The notes below the pieces were generated by a model. The model saw only the letters and a program-made list of their open reading frames with translations, did not search any database and had not been told where the DNA came from. A stretch of DNA of 60,360 nt, taken from assembly GCA_900088475.1 (NCBI GenBank), contig FLMG01000623.1, positions 1-60,360 of the forward strand, in the 5' to 3' direction. Every line of letters begins with the position of its first letter. The stretch's first letter is position 1. Shown piece by piece: positions 50,019-60,360 of this stretch. The translations under genes were made by a program, and so were the position numbers. This stretch comes from Hyphochytrium catenoides (taxonomy: Eukaryota > Protista > Hyphochytriomycota).

Positions 50019-50746
50019 CGAAAGAGAGAGGAGAGAGAGAGAAAGAGAGAGAGTTCTTGGCATCGGAAAGAGGTACACATGTCTGCCATCGCACCTGGAA
50101 CTTTTCATTCTGCAGCCATTGCAACGCAGGGACCAAGTGGTATTTCTCAATGAACTCCAGAACCGCTGTCCCGCCTATGGACACCAGGTGACCCAGCACT
50201 TTTGCAGCCCAGAAGGCAGGATTTTCCACTAGAATGGGTGCCTCGAAGATGTGGATGAGAGCTCCAGCGATCTAAAGATGCAGTGCCATGATAGCAGGAC
50301 AAAAGAGAGACCTCAGGGTCTGCCCAGTAGCGCCTCAGTCTCACTGTTAGCTATAGCTTACCTCCATGATGCGCCCCTCGTTATTTTGTTCTGCAAAGGC
50401 ATCCAAGAGCTCATCCATGGCCGTGACGGCGCCAATTTTGTCGTTGGAGTCTGGAGACTGCAGCATCTCCATGATTTTACTCATGAGACTGCTGACCAGC
50501 CTCTGATAAGCTTCATTCTGAAGATCGCGGTGCTAGTGATCGTGGGCAGCGCAACAAGAGGAGACATCGGGAGAATAGAAGAGAGGGACAAATCACGAAT
50601 GAGCATCGACAGTTCAGCACACTAATTATGCCGGTTCTGCCTACCTCGGACTCGATGTAGTTCTTGATGCTACGCGCTGCTCGCACGCGGGTCTTCTGCT
50701 CTCTAGAGCGCAGGCCGCGCTGATGCTGGTTGAAGATGTCTGCCAT
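32566..50746 (-). CDS. TOR: Target of rapamycin serine/threonine kinase, about 58 exons
   Basis: N-terminal HEAT repeats; FAT ([29 protein letters not shown]); FRB ([18 protein letters not shown]...[12 protein letters not shown]); kinase ([63 protein letters not shown]); FATC ending [14 protein letters not shown] at TAG 32568-32566. A manual walk gave GT-AG introns throughout. Confidence 0.98.
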
Positions 50747-51518
50747 ATTCCCAGATGGCTAGGAATGGGCCTATGCCGCCACTAGCTGTTATTTGGCCCA
50801 ATCTAGAAACGAGGCCCGCGCCTCCAGGTGTCCTTCACGTCTCGTCTGGGAATCAGAATATACACCTGACCCAAACCCTCAGCCAGGTGGAAACGCGCGC
50901 TCCCTGCGCTCCATCGATGCTTAACGTTGCCACGGCCGCCTCAGCTAGTGCCTAAGGCCAGCCTTACAACTGGAAAGAGAAGAGATAGGATGCTTCAGAG
51001 GTCTGGGCAGATCTGCGGCCTCCTGCCGAACTGAGATTGAAGCTCCAACGTTGAGCTTCCAGCACACGCTGCTGCTGTTGAGGCTTCAGAATCGCTGCAC
51101 AGAAGGCGATAGCAGAAATGTGTGTCTTATTACAAATAATAGAAGACATAAAACAGAATAGACCTGACAAAAGATGGCTTATCCTAAATATTGGCTATGT
51201 CAGAGATGTCCTCCTGGAGGATGGACAAGCAGAGCTTCAGCTTCTCATCTGCAGACAGAGATCTCAGATCACTCTCCTGTCCCAGAAGAGCTCTCAGAGG
51301 TTCTTGTAGTCTCGAGAGGCTGCGATAAATAGACGTCAGAGCCCAAGGCTGCTAGCGCCCTAGCGATGTATGGGCTCTATATGGCTCTATGGTTCATCTA
51401 CGGGCCTTAGGACCTCTATAATCTGTTGCCGGGAGTTGATTCTCGGGAGGACGGCTGCCGTTACTCAATATTCTCGCCGGAAGATGAGGTGAGACGCACT
51501 GTCAACCACGGCACTGTC

Positions 51519-52427
51519 ATGATGTCGAATGGCAGGGAGAATCGAGAGATAGGGCCAGGACCCCAGCAATCTGGAACCAATCTCCATTGGGGCGCGGTTG
51601 TGGGCATAGTCCTTCCACTCTCTGTGATGCTGGGAGGCTTGGCCTTCTCTCAATTGAGACGACCGACGGTGTCAGTTAGATCGCGAGGCACAAACGGTGG
51701 TCAACGTCCAGGGCCCCGTTATTCTAAGGCCTCGAAGAAAACGGAACACTGCTCTGGAGAGGCAGCAACCCCAAGAGAGCCAAGCTGGGCGGAGAAAAAG
51801 ATGCTGGAAGAAGAAGCTTTCAGAAGGCGCCTCCGCCTTAGTCAGCTGGGACACCAAGAGCGAGAGAAAGTCGAGGCGTACTTTGGCCGCTTCCGGAAGA
51901 GAGACCAACAATTCCAAGCTAGACCAGGAACCGGAAGCTACTTTAAGCAGCAGAGCCAAGAAGAGGGAGAGAGGAAGCTTAGGGCTGCTGCTGCTTTACT
52001 TGGCCTCGATGACCAGATAGGTGTTAGGGACTACACCGTGAAAGAGGTGAAGAAGGTAAGATTTTCCGTCTTCTCTTCTCTCTGGTCCTTGCTATCACCT
52101 CCTTTAAATCTAGTGCATCTTCACCCCTGTTAGCTGCACTCCTGACTCCTGATTGTCCGCCCTTCTGTGGGCTGCTTGATTCTTCCAAGCGCCAGTTCGG
52201 GGCTCTAGCCTGACGGTCTGTTATACGCTTAGGCTTTCCAGCAAAAAGCTCATGAGCTTCACCCCGACAAAGTGTACAGTTCCAGTCAGCAAGTAGAGAA
52301 GGAGAGAGGAGCGATTAGCGATGCGGAGGGAGGAGAAGACGCTGAGGAAGCCTTTCGCCAGGTTCATGAGGCTTATCAATTACTCCTCAGGTTCTTAGAA
52401 GGAAAACAAGAAGACGAAGCAGCTTGA
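51519..52427 (+). CDS. DnaJ (J-domain, type III) protein with an N-terminal transmembrane helix, 2 exons
   Basis: TM segment WGAVVGIVLPLSVMLGGLAF. The J domain is split by an intron at about 52056-52232: AAALLGLD...TVKEVKK|AFQQKAHELHPDKV...AEEAFRQVHEAYQLL, with the HPD motif intact. The start codon choice is tentative. Confidence 0.88.
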
Positions 52428-52795
52428 TCAACCGCAGCCCCTTATCTTTCCGCCTACGAGGCCAGTAATATCTGACGGGCAAAGAGCTCTGCTCTGTCTT
52501 TACTGACTATCCTTTACGAGCTTTGTCTCTCCTCTCGGTGGGTGTTCTCTCTCTCTTCCTCTTGCTTCCCCTACTTCCACCGGCAAAGCCCATATCGCTC
52601 TGTTCCTGGCAACTCTCCCCTCTTCTGTCCTTCACTGCCCCTATTTTTCTAAAGGTTGTAGAGCATGGTAAAGGATGAAAGGAAGACGGTTCATCCAAAA
52701 AGTAATATTTATCCATCTTCACCGTCGGCGAAGAACTTCCTCTCCTTCTTCTTGCCCTGGATCTTCTCTCCCATCTTTCTAGTTTGGCCTTGCTT

Positions 52796-55700
52796 CTAGA
52801 TTCTCTCAGGATATTCGGCTGGACGGGGGAGAACAGGCTCGAAGCCTAATTCTTCCTTGGGAATGCTCTTCTCCTTCAGTTTTGCCTCGAAGGCCCGGAC
52901 CATCGCGTGATGAGCTGCCTGCACCTGGCGAAGCTCACCCTGCAAAATATGCACGGCTTGATTCTTGATGACAACGAGCTCCTCAATTCTTCCCTTGACT
53001 TGACCTACGGCTGGGCTTTCGAGGTTAGCTTTATTCAGGATCTCGTTGAGCTGGACCTCTTTCTGCTCTAGCTCGTCGCTCATCCCTTGAAGCTTCTTCT
53101 CTAGCAGCAGATGCTACACGTGCGGAGTAATACCGAGAAAGACAGTCATGACAGGGAAAGCGGACGTGAGACTTGATGACAGAGCGTTGGAGATGTCAGA
53201 TGTAATGCAGCATACTGGAAGGGAACAAGTAAAAAGCTGTTGATACTCATGCAGTTGTGGCCATTCCTTCCCAGAGATTAGAGAAGCATTACTCGATGAC
53301 AGGAGAGAATGAGTCAAGAGAGAAGATAGTAAGAGGGTAAGCCAAACTTCAGCACCTTGAAGCCTGCTTTGCGCTGCACGTCATAAATTGTATCCTGAAA
53401 GCGCTGGTGGAGGTCGTCTCTCTCTGTCTTGACTAGCTCATAGCGCTGACTTAACACCTGATGACCATACCAGAGGACAGGAGCTCAGTATAGAGACAAA
53501 ACGAGTGAGTAGGCAGAAGAGAGTTAACCTAAAGATGGAGGCGGACCATGATGAGAGAGACTGCAGATAACCTCAAACTAGAAATAGAAGGTTGAGATAG
53601 GGTAGGAACAGACCGCATATCTACCTCATACTCCCATTGCATTGATCTGTACTGTTCTTCTAAAAGAAGCAGGCGTGCCTTGATGGAGCGGAACTGCTCC
53701 TTGTCCTCATTGTACTTCTCCAGCGCTTTCTTCAACCGCTGGACATCCTATAAGAAAGGAGAGAGAGATTGAGAGAGAGAAAGAAGGAATGTTGGACATA
53801 AAAGACACCTGCTAAAAGAAAAGTAGAAGGGAACAAGAGAGTTTTGCCGACTGACAGGACATAGGAGAGTGCGTTCTTCGGATGAGGGGAAGGAGGGAAC
53901 GATGAGAAAAAACACAAGTTTCTTACATTTATTGCGGCTTGCAGAGGCTCGCTCATCCGTTTGTTCTCTTGAGCAATCTCATACATTTTCTTCTCGTCCT
54001 GCATCTCCTTTTTGCGCATCTCAGAGACGTCCTCCTGCGGAAGTAAAGTTGAGCTTTCTTTTGCTACTTGATGGTTCTCTCTCTTTCTCCTTCCTCTCCG
54101 TCTCTTTCTTTTCTCGTCCTCTCCTCTCTCTGCCTCTCTCTTTATCCTTCTCTCCCTCTCCTTCTCTTGCCTCGGCTTGTCTGTCTCGTTTGTTGCGTGA
54201 ACCCCAATTCTTTCAGTTGACTCACGGGAAAGCTTTGCACTGTGCAATCTTTCTCCGTCAGTTCAAGCTGTACATCTCGCCCCATTCTTTTCTTCTTCTC
54301 CGCCTATGTCTCTCTCCTTCCCTCTGTCTTCCTCTATCCTCGTTACCTTGAGCACTTTGATGAGGTCGAGGTTGCTGTGCGTGATATCGTTATAGTACGC
54401 TTTGATCTCGCTGAATGCCTGCTCGTGGCCCTTGATCAGAGTGGAGATGTGCGCATTCTTACGGTCCTCAATCCTTTGAATCTCAGCTTTTCGTTTGCTC
54501 TCGAGCTCGTCACGCACGTTCTGATAGCAGTTGTTCGGCATCAAAGCAGAAAGCGCAGGACAGAGAGAGACACAGAGAGCAAAGAAGGATGGCGAGCCAG
54601 AGGGACAACGGACACTGATGAGTTAAATCTCTACCAGGGGAGGGTTGTGACTGGTCTCTCTTTCGTCTCCTCCCTTCCCTCTCTCTCTTCCTCTCTTCTT
54701 TTCGTCTGTCTGTTTGGAACGCCAGCCACTTACTTTCTCTTTCTATCTCTCTCTCCCCTAACTCTCTGTTCCTTTCTCTCGTTGAAGCGTCAGAGATTCC
54801 GATCCCATCCTTCATTTCTTGAAGTTGTGTCTCACCTTGGCCCTCTTCTCATACTTTAGGAGGATGTCTCTGTTCTGTCTCTCATAGTTCTGCCTCAAGA
54901 TGGTGATGTTCTTATCGTGCTCTGTCTTGAGGTTTCTTATAAGGTTCTCATGGGACACTTCCATCTCTTTCATGTCCAGTCGCATGCTTCTCCGATCCTC
55001 CTTCAGCTCTGCCTCCACTTCCCGATGATCATCCTGAGAGAGCTTCAGCATCCCCTCCGCCTCTGGGGGAGAAAAAGGAGGACAAGAGGGAGAGATAGAG
55101 GAAGAAGAGAAGAAGACCGAGAAGGCGGGTTGAGAGGAAGGGACAGAAGAGAAGAAGGGTAGAAGGGTAGAGGAGGAAGTGACGTGAGTAGATCGATTCA
55201 GAAGTTGCAAAGAATTCCCAAGGAGAAGGAAGTAACCAAGATGCAAGAAGAGATCTGTTTAGAATAGATCTGAGAAAGAGGGCGAGATGGGAAAGGAGAC
55301 ATACCACCGAGGAAGAGAAAGAGATATGAGTGTGAGGGAGGGGGGAGAGAGACGAGAGAGAGAGAGGAGAGAGAGAGAAGAAGAAGAAGAGAGAAGAAGA
55401 AGAGGAACAGAGAGACAGAGAATAGCGAGACGGGAGAGAGAGAGCAGAAAGAGAGTACAGAAAGAGAAAAGGAGAGAGGCAGAGAGAGAAAGAGCGAGAG
55501 GAAAGCGAGAGAGACAACAAAATAATTGGAGAACAAGGACAGAGTAAGAGCCCTGGCGCCCCTGCTTCCCTCTCTTTCTCTGTCTTCTCTCTCTGTGTCT
55601 CGTCTTAAGTTACCTGTCTTTATTTTGGTGACCTCGTCCTGATGCTCATGGAGCAAGTGCTTCAGCCTTTGCTTGTACGCCTTGATCTCTACTTGGTGCT

Positions 55701-55986
55701 TCTCTACCATGTCCTGCATCTCTCTGTCTTTATTCATCAGCTCTGCTGTCCTATCTTCTAACTGTTTCTTCTCTACAATCCAGAAATAGTTGACCCTCTC
55801 TCGCTGCTGTTGGAACTGCACTTGAGAGCCTTCTTCTTTCTTTGTCAGATTATAAAGGCGCTTGGCTTCCTCCGCCAGTGCCTTTCTCTCAGCCTCTTTC
55901 TCTTCATCTGCTGCTGCTGCCGCTGCTGCCGCAGGATCCAGAGGCTCTTCCTTCTTCTTCTTTCCCTTCTTCGCCTTGGGCGGCAT
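52796..55986 (-). CDS. GAS8: Growth arrest-specific protein 8 / dynein regulatory complex subunit 4 (trypanin/PF2 homolog), 7 exons
   Basis: MPPKAKKGKKKK...FQQQRERVNYFWIVEKKQLE...HQVEIKAYKQRLKHLLHEH...RKAEIQRIEDRKNAHISTLIKGHEQAFSEIKAYYNDITHSNLDLIKVLK...AQENKRMSEPL...IPKEELGFEP. The exons join in frame across GT-AG introns. Confidence 0.95.
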
Positions 55987-56396
55987 CTTTGCTTAGGTGT
56001 CACTTTTGACTCTCTCTCTCCCTGTTTCTCTTCGGACTCTAATTGGCGGCAACGCCAGCTGCCAAGGTATAGGATAGAGTATTCTTTGTCAACAGACAAG
56101 AGGTGGTCACCTTCAAGACAGATTAGGGCTTCATCCGATGGTAGGACTCTCTTCCACTCTCTTCTACCCAGTCTCGCTAGGGAGACAGTGTGAAGCGCTC
56201 GGGACCAAGGGACAGAGTTGACGTGGAGCTTTGGCGCTGGAAGGAGGGTTGGCAGAGTTCACTAGCTTCCTTAACGCTATCTCCTCCCCCTTCTGACTTC
56301 CAACTTGCCTCTCTTCTTGCTCTTTCATTCTCGCTCTTCTCTCTCTTCTCGCACTCTCTTTCACGTCATCTTCCATTCCCTCTCTCTTAGACACAG

Positions 56397-56397
<1 letters not shown>

Positions 56398-56437
<40 letters not shown>

Positions 56438-56455
56438 CTCTCTCGCTCTCTCTCG

Positions 56456-56513
<58 letters not shown>

Positions 56514-56530
56514 TCCCTTCCTCTCCTCTC
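56398..56530. repeat. (CT)n microsatellite; opposite-polarity (GA)n tracts follow at about 56916-57058, 57268-57317 and 57441-57525
   Basis: Directly visible. Confidence 0.95.
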
Positions 56531-56914
56531 CTTCTGCCTGTCACACCCCAGATATCCTCTCTCTCTTATACAGCTCACCCTCTGTCTCCCTCATCCTTCG
56601 CTAGTTTCCTAGTCAAACTAGATGTTGCTCCTCTGCTGCCAACTCCCAGTAAACAACACGCTGACTCTCTTCATTCTCTGTCTCGCCGTACCCTGCGTTT
56701 AAAGGTATCGTTGATTCATCTCATGCTGTCTCTGTCTTCTCACAGTGATGCTGGTTGGGCTTTCATCCGTTACAGACCTTGGAGAAGATAAAATTCAATT
56801 GTTTCACTCCTTCTCCAGTAGGATAACAGTGGTTAGGCAGAAAGAACTTTTGAGCTTGAAAGTAACGAAAGGTTTCCATCACTCACACTATGTGTGGGGT
56901 CAAAGCCCACAAAC

Positions 56915-56958
<44 letters not shown>

Positions 56959-57540
56959 GAGAGAGCGAGAGACAGACACAGAGAGAGTGTGGAGAGAGAG
57001 AGAGAGAAGGAAGGAGAGAGAACGAGCAAAAGAGAGACACAGAGAGAGAAAAGAGAGGATCTCATCTGACAATAAGGCTCAAGAAGTATGAGTTAGGAAG
57101 TATGGCGCGGGAGACAGGCCCACAGGAGGTTGATCTTCCTCTTTCCCCACCTGCAAAGATTTCTGACAGCCACGGATGGCGCATACCTCACGCAAGCGAT
57201 AGGAAAACAGAGAAGCTAAGAAATAGAAAAAGAGACTTCATAGTCAAGACAGCACTGAGGGTTCGGCGAGAGAGAGAGAGAGAAGAGGAGAGCGAGAGAG
57301 AGAGAGAGAGAGAGAGAGGTGTCTGCAAGGGTTAGAGAGTTGGAGGAAGAGGCATCCAGTAACATAAACAGCGGAGAGAACTAAAAAGAAAGGGCCGGTA
57401 GACGAGAGAAAGAGAAAGAGAGAGTGAGAGGTTTAGTGTGTGTGAGAGAGAGAGAGACAAAGATAGACAGAGAGAGAGAGTGTCAGAGAGAGAGAGGCGA
57501 GGGGAGAGAGAGAGAGAGAGAGACAGCGTGAGAAGGAAAG

Positions 57541-58446
57541 ATGCCGGATCTCCTTACCTCCGAGACCCTTTATCGCAGCCTCGTCGATCAGAAAAACATG
57601 TGAGTTTGACGTTTCCTGTCTTCTCCTTCTCTCGCTCTTTCCAGTCTCTTCTTCGATGAGCTCAGGTCCCCTCACTCATCTAACCACCACCTCTTCCCAC
57701 TCCTCTCATTCTCCNNNNNNNNNNNNNNNNNNNNNNNNNNNNNNNNNNNNNNNNNNNNNNNNNNNNNNNNNNNNNNNNNNNNNNNNNNNNNNNNNNNNNN
57801 NNNNNNNNNNNNNNNNNNNNNNNNNNNNNNNNNNNNNNNNNNNNNNNNNNNNNTCTCCCTGTCCCTCTCTCTGTGCCATCTATCTCTCTCTCTCTGTGCC
57901 TGTGGAATGACAAACATTCCAAGGTCACTTTGACTCGAAACGAACTCTGTCTGCCACGGTGCTTTCTCTTTTCTGTCTTCTCTTCGAGTTTGTCTCCCAC
58001 TGACTTTCTCTCTCTTCCTCTTTCTCTCTTTCTGATGTTGTCTCTCTTCCTCTGTCTTCCTTCTCTCTGACTCTCTCTCTCTCTCTCTTTCTCGCCCTCT
58101 TCTCTTGGGTCCTCAGCTTCCGGGCACTGTGCTGGGCTCTCTATAAGAATCTCAATGAGTCGTGCACGCTCATTGACATCCTCAACGCTCATGATAAGAC
58201 GCTCGGTAGGGAATTCTCAGGCTTTCTCTGTTCACTGTCGCTGTGCTTCTCTCTTCCCCAATAGAGGTCTCTCTGTCTCCCTCATTCCGCCTGCGGTGGT
58301 CCTGGGGCTTGTGCCAGGCTTTCCTCTTTTGTTCCCTCTCTGTTTCTCTGCCTCTCTCTTTCCTCTCTGTCCTGCCACTCTCCCTCCTTCTTCACCTCTT
58401 CGCTCTCTTTCTGTCTCTCTCGCTTCTCTCTCTCGCTTCTCTCTCT

Positions 58447-58482
<36 letters not shown>

Positions 58483-59690
58483 CTCTTTGTTCTCTCTCCA
58501 TTTTCCTCTCTCTCTCACTAGTCATTTGGTAGAGGTGGAACTTTCTTTGCCGGCATCTGTTATGCTGTTTAGCTCTTTCCTCTCTCGTATTCCTGTTTTG
58601 CCAGAGGTATATCCCCTCTCTCCCGATACACTCCTCTCCTATTCCTCTCTCTTCTCTCGCTCACTCTTTCTTCTCTCCTACTACCTCAGAATCTGCTGGT
58701 CGTTTCAATGGAGAAGCCTTCGAGGAATGTCTCCAAGAAATTGCCAGCAAGATCTATCCATCGAGACCAGATCCAGCCAAGGTGAATAAGTGAGAGAGAG
58801 AGAGAGAGAGAGAAAGAGAGACAAAAAGGAAAGGGGAATTGAGAAAGACACCAGAAGAGAGAAGGACCATCGAGGCTTGAAGACACAATAGCCAATCGCT
58901 CGAGGAAAAGAAAAGTGGATAAAAAGTATGGAAGAGAGAGACACACAGAGAACAGGAGAGAGAAAGAGAGGGAGAGAGAGAGAGAGATTGGGGTTCGTTG
59001 CTATGCGGATAGCGCGAATCTGGCATTTATCGTTCTTCCTCTCCTCTCTATTTCAGCCTTAGCTTCCCTACCCTTTATGTTCATCTTTCTCTCTCACCGT
59101 CCTTCCTGCTCTCTAACTTTCTCTCTCTCTCCCTCTCTCTCTCTTTCTCTCCTCTATCAACTCAACACTCTGTCCCTCACTCTTCCAGGCTTTGCTGCGG
59201 ACTCTCTCCAAACAATGGGGAGAGTCTGTCTCTCCCCCTTCAGAAGCTTTCTTCTACTCTTTCCTGACCATCGATGCCGTGGATGTGCTCAGAACCTATC
59301 AGCCCATTCTTACGCAGGTGACAATGCCCGCATCACAATTCTCTCTCTCTCTCCCTCTCTCGCTCTGTGTCTCTCGCTGTCTGTCTCTTCTCATCTCTTG
59401 ATTGTCTTTCTCTCCTGCTCCCTCTCATCTTTTGCTCATTTTCCTCTTTCTTTCTTTCTCTCTCTCTCTCTCTCTCTGACTCTCTCTGTCTCTCTCTGTC
59501 TCTGTCTCTCTCTCTCTTCTTTGTTCTCATTCTTATCCCTCTCTCTCATAGAAAGTGGTACACCGTGTGCTGGATCATGAGAGGGAAGGAGGAGAGCATG
59601 GACCTGTTCTGGTTCCCAGTGCCGAGGATCTCGCGTCAGAGCTTCAAAGAGCGCAGATCGTACCAGAAATGATTCCGCACAAGCAGTTCG
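57541..59690 (+). CDS. Partial multi-exon gene of unknown function (possible p25alpha/EF-hand-like helices), probably continuing past the gap or window end
   Basis: ATG 57541 MPDLLTSETLYRSLVDQKN then donor AT|GTGAGT. Candidate exons at about 58117-58205 (FRALCWALYKNLN), 58690-58781 (SAGRFNGEAFEECLQEIASKIYPSRPDPAK|GTGAAT), 59189-59317 and 59552 onward (LASELQRAQIVPEMI). One junction near 58.5 kb is unresolved. Confidence 0.5.
57715..57853. other. Assembly gap (N run)
   Basis: Run of n in a CT-rich intron. Confidence 0.99.
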
Positions 59691-59770
59691 CAACCATATC
59701 CTGCTCTCTCTCCTATCCTCCCTTTGTCTCTCTCTCTCTGTGTCCCTCCCTCTCTCTTTTCCCTCAATCC

Positions 59771-59867
59771 NNNNNNNNNNNNNNNNNNNNNNNNNNNNNN
59801 NNNNNNNNNNNNNNNNNNNNNNNNNNNNNNNNNNNNNNNNNNNNNNNNNNNNNNNNNNNNNNNNNNN
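59771..59867. other. Assembly gap (N run)
   Basis: Run of n in CT-rich sequence. Confidence 0.99.
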
Positions 59868-60360
59868 CTGCTTCTCCCTTCCTCTTTGTCCCTCAAGCCT
59901 CTCTCCTCCTGCATTCCATCTTTTTCTTTACTTATCTCTTGTGGCTCTCGTTCTTGCTTCCCGTTTGTTTCTTCCGCGTTCTCTTTCACGCTCTCTCGCT
60001 CTTCTCTCTTTCTCTCTTTTTCCCTTTCACGGCTTTATCTGTTTCTCTCTGATTTGTCTTCTACCTCTCTTTTCCTCTCTCTCTGTCTCGCCCCTCTCCT
60101 CTTGCCCTCATTGGCTGTCTTTCGCTATTATCTGGCCTAATCACGTTCTTCCCGTCTCTACATGACCTCTCTCTTCCTTTTTCTTTGTTTCCACTCCATT
60201 TCTTATCTTGTCGGCCCTCTCTTCCTTGCCTTACAGACTCCTTCAACCTCTATTCTCTGCTTGTGACTCTCCTTTCCTAGTGTGATATTCTTCTTTCCTC
60301 TTTGGCCGGCGACCTTTCCACTGATAGATTACCTTAACTCTCTCTCTCTCTCTCTCTCTC

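Noticed and set aside
50960-51310. Helical-looking minus-strand peptide (LQEPLRALLGQESDLRSLSADEKLKLCLSILQEDI...) in the TOR-DnaJ spacer
   Set aside because: It has multiple stops, no start or splice context and no recognisable family, so I cannot support it as a gene.
52709-52798. Stop-codon readthrough extension of GAS8 (TAG followed by about 28 plausible codons)
   Set aside because: GAS8 homologs end soon after the ELGF-P motif, the TAG-A context is not a typical readthrough signal, and purine-rich UTR sequence easily stays open this long.
1-60360. tRNA, rRNA, CRISPR arrays, telomeric arrays, viral hallmark genes
   Set aside because: None recognised by eye; covariance-model and HMM scans would be needed to exclude small RNAs.

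Overview
Eukaryotic, intron-rich nuclear DNA from a flagellated organism. It is probably a stramenopile (inference from oomycete-type MARVEL and bZIP-like relics and a coiled-coil protein I associate with that group). It uses the standard genetic code and GT-AG introns. Layout: 1-2.5 kb is the 5' part of a CRE-clade non-LTR retrotransposon (minus strand, two ORFs, cut by the window edge). About 2.5-12.2 kb is a decayed block of apparently intronless, stop-interrupted ORFs with a CAG>TAG / CTG>CTA mutational look, plus a long CAG/CAA tract. 13-60 kb is a compact run of spliced genes: an uncharacterised TPR-like/acidic-repeat gene, a CC2D1/Lgd-like DM14+C2 gene, a coiled-coil gene, TOR kinase (about 58 exons), a membrane J-domain gene, GAS8/DRC4 and a partial gene at the right end. 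(GA)n/(CT)n tracts are abundant and non-randomly placed. The best leads are (i) a possible RIP/CHG-like C>T hypermutation process, (ii) introns with a (GA)n 5' half and a (CT)n 3' half that could fold back, and (iii) an altered rapamycin-binding surface in TOR. All gene models and counts were made by eye and need computational confirmation.
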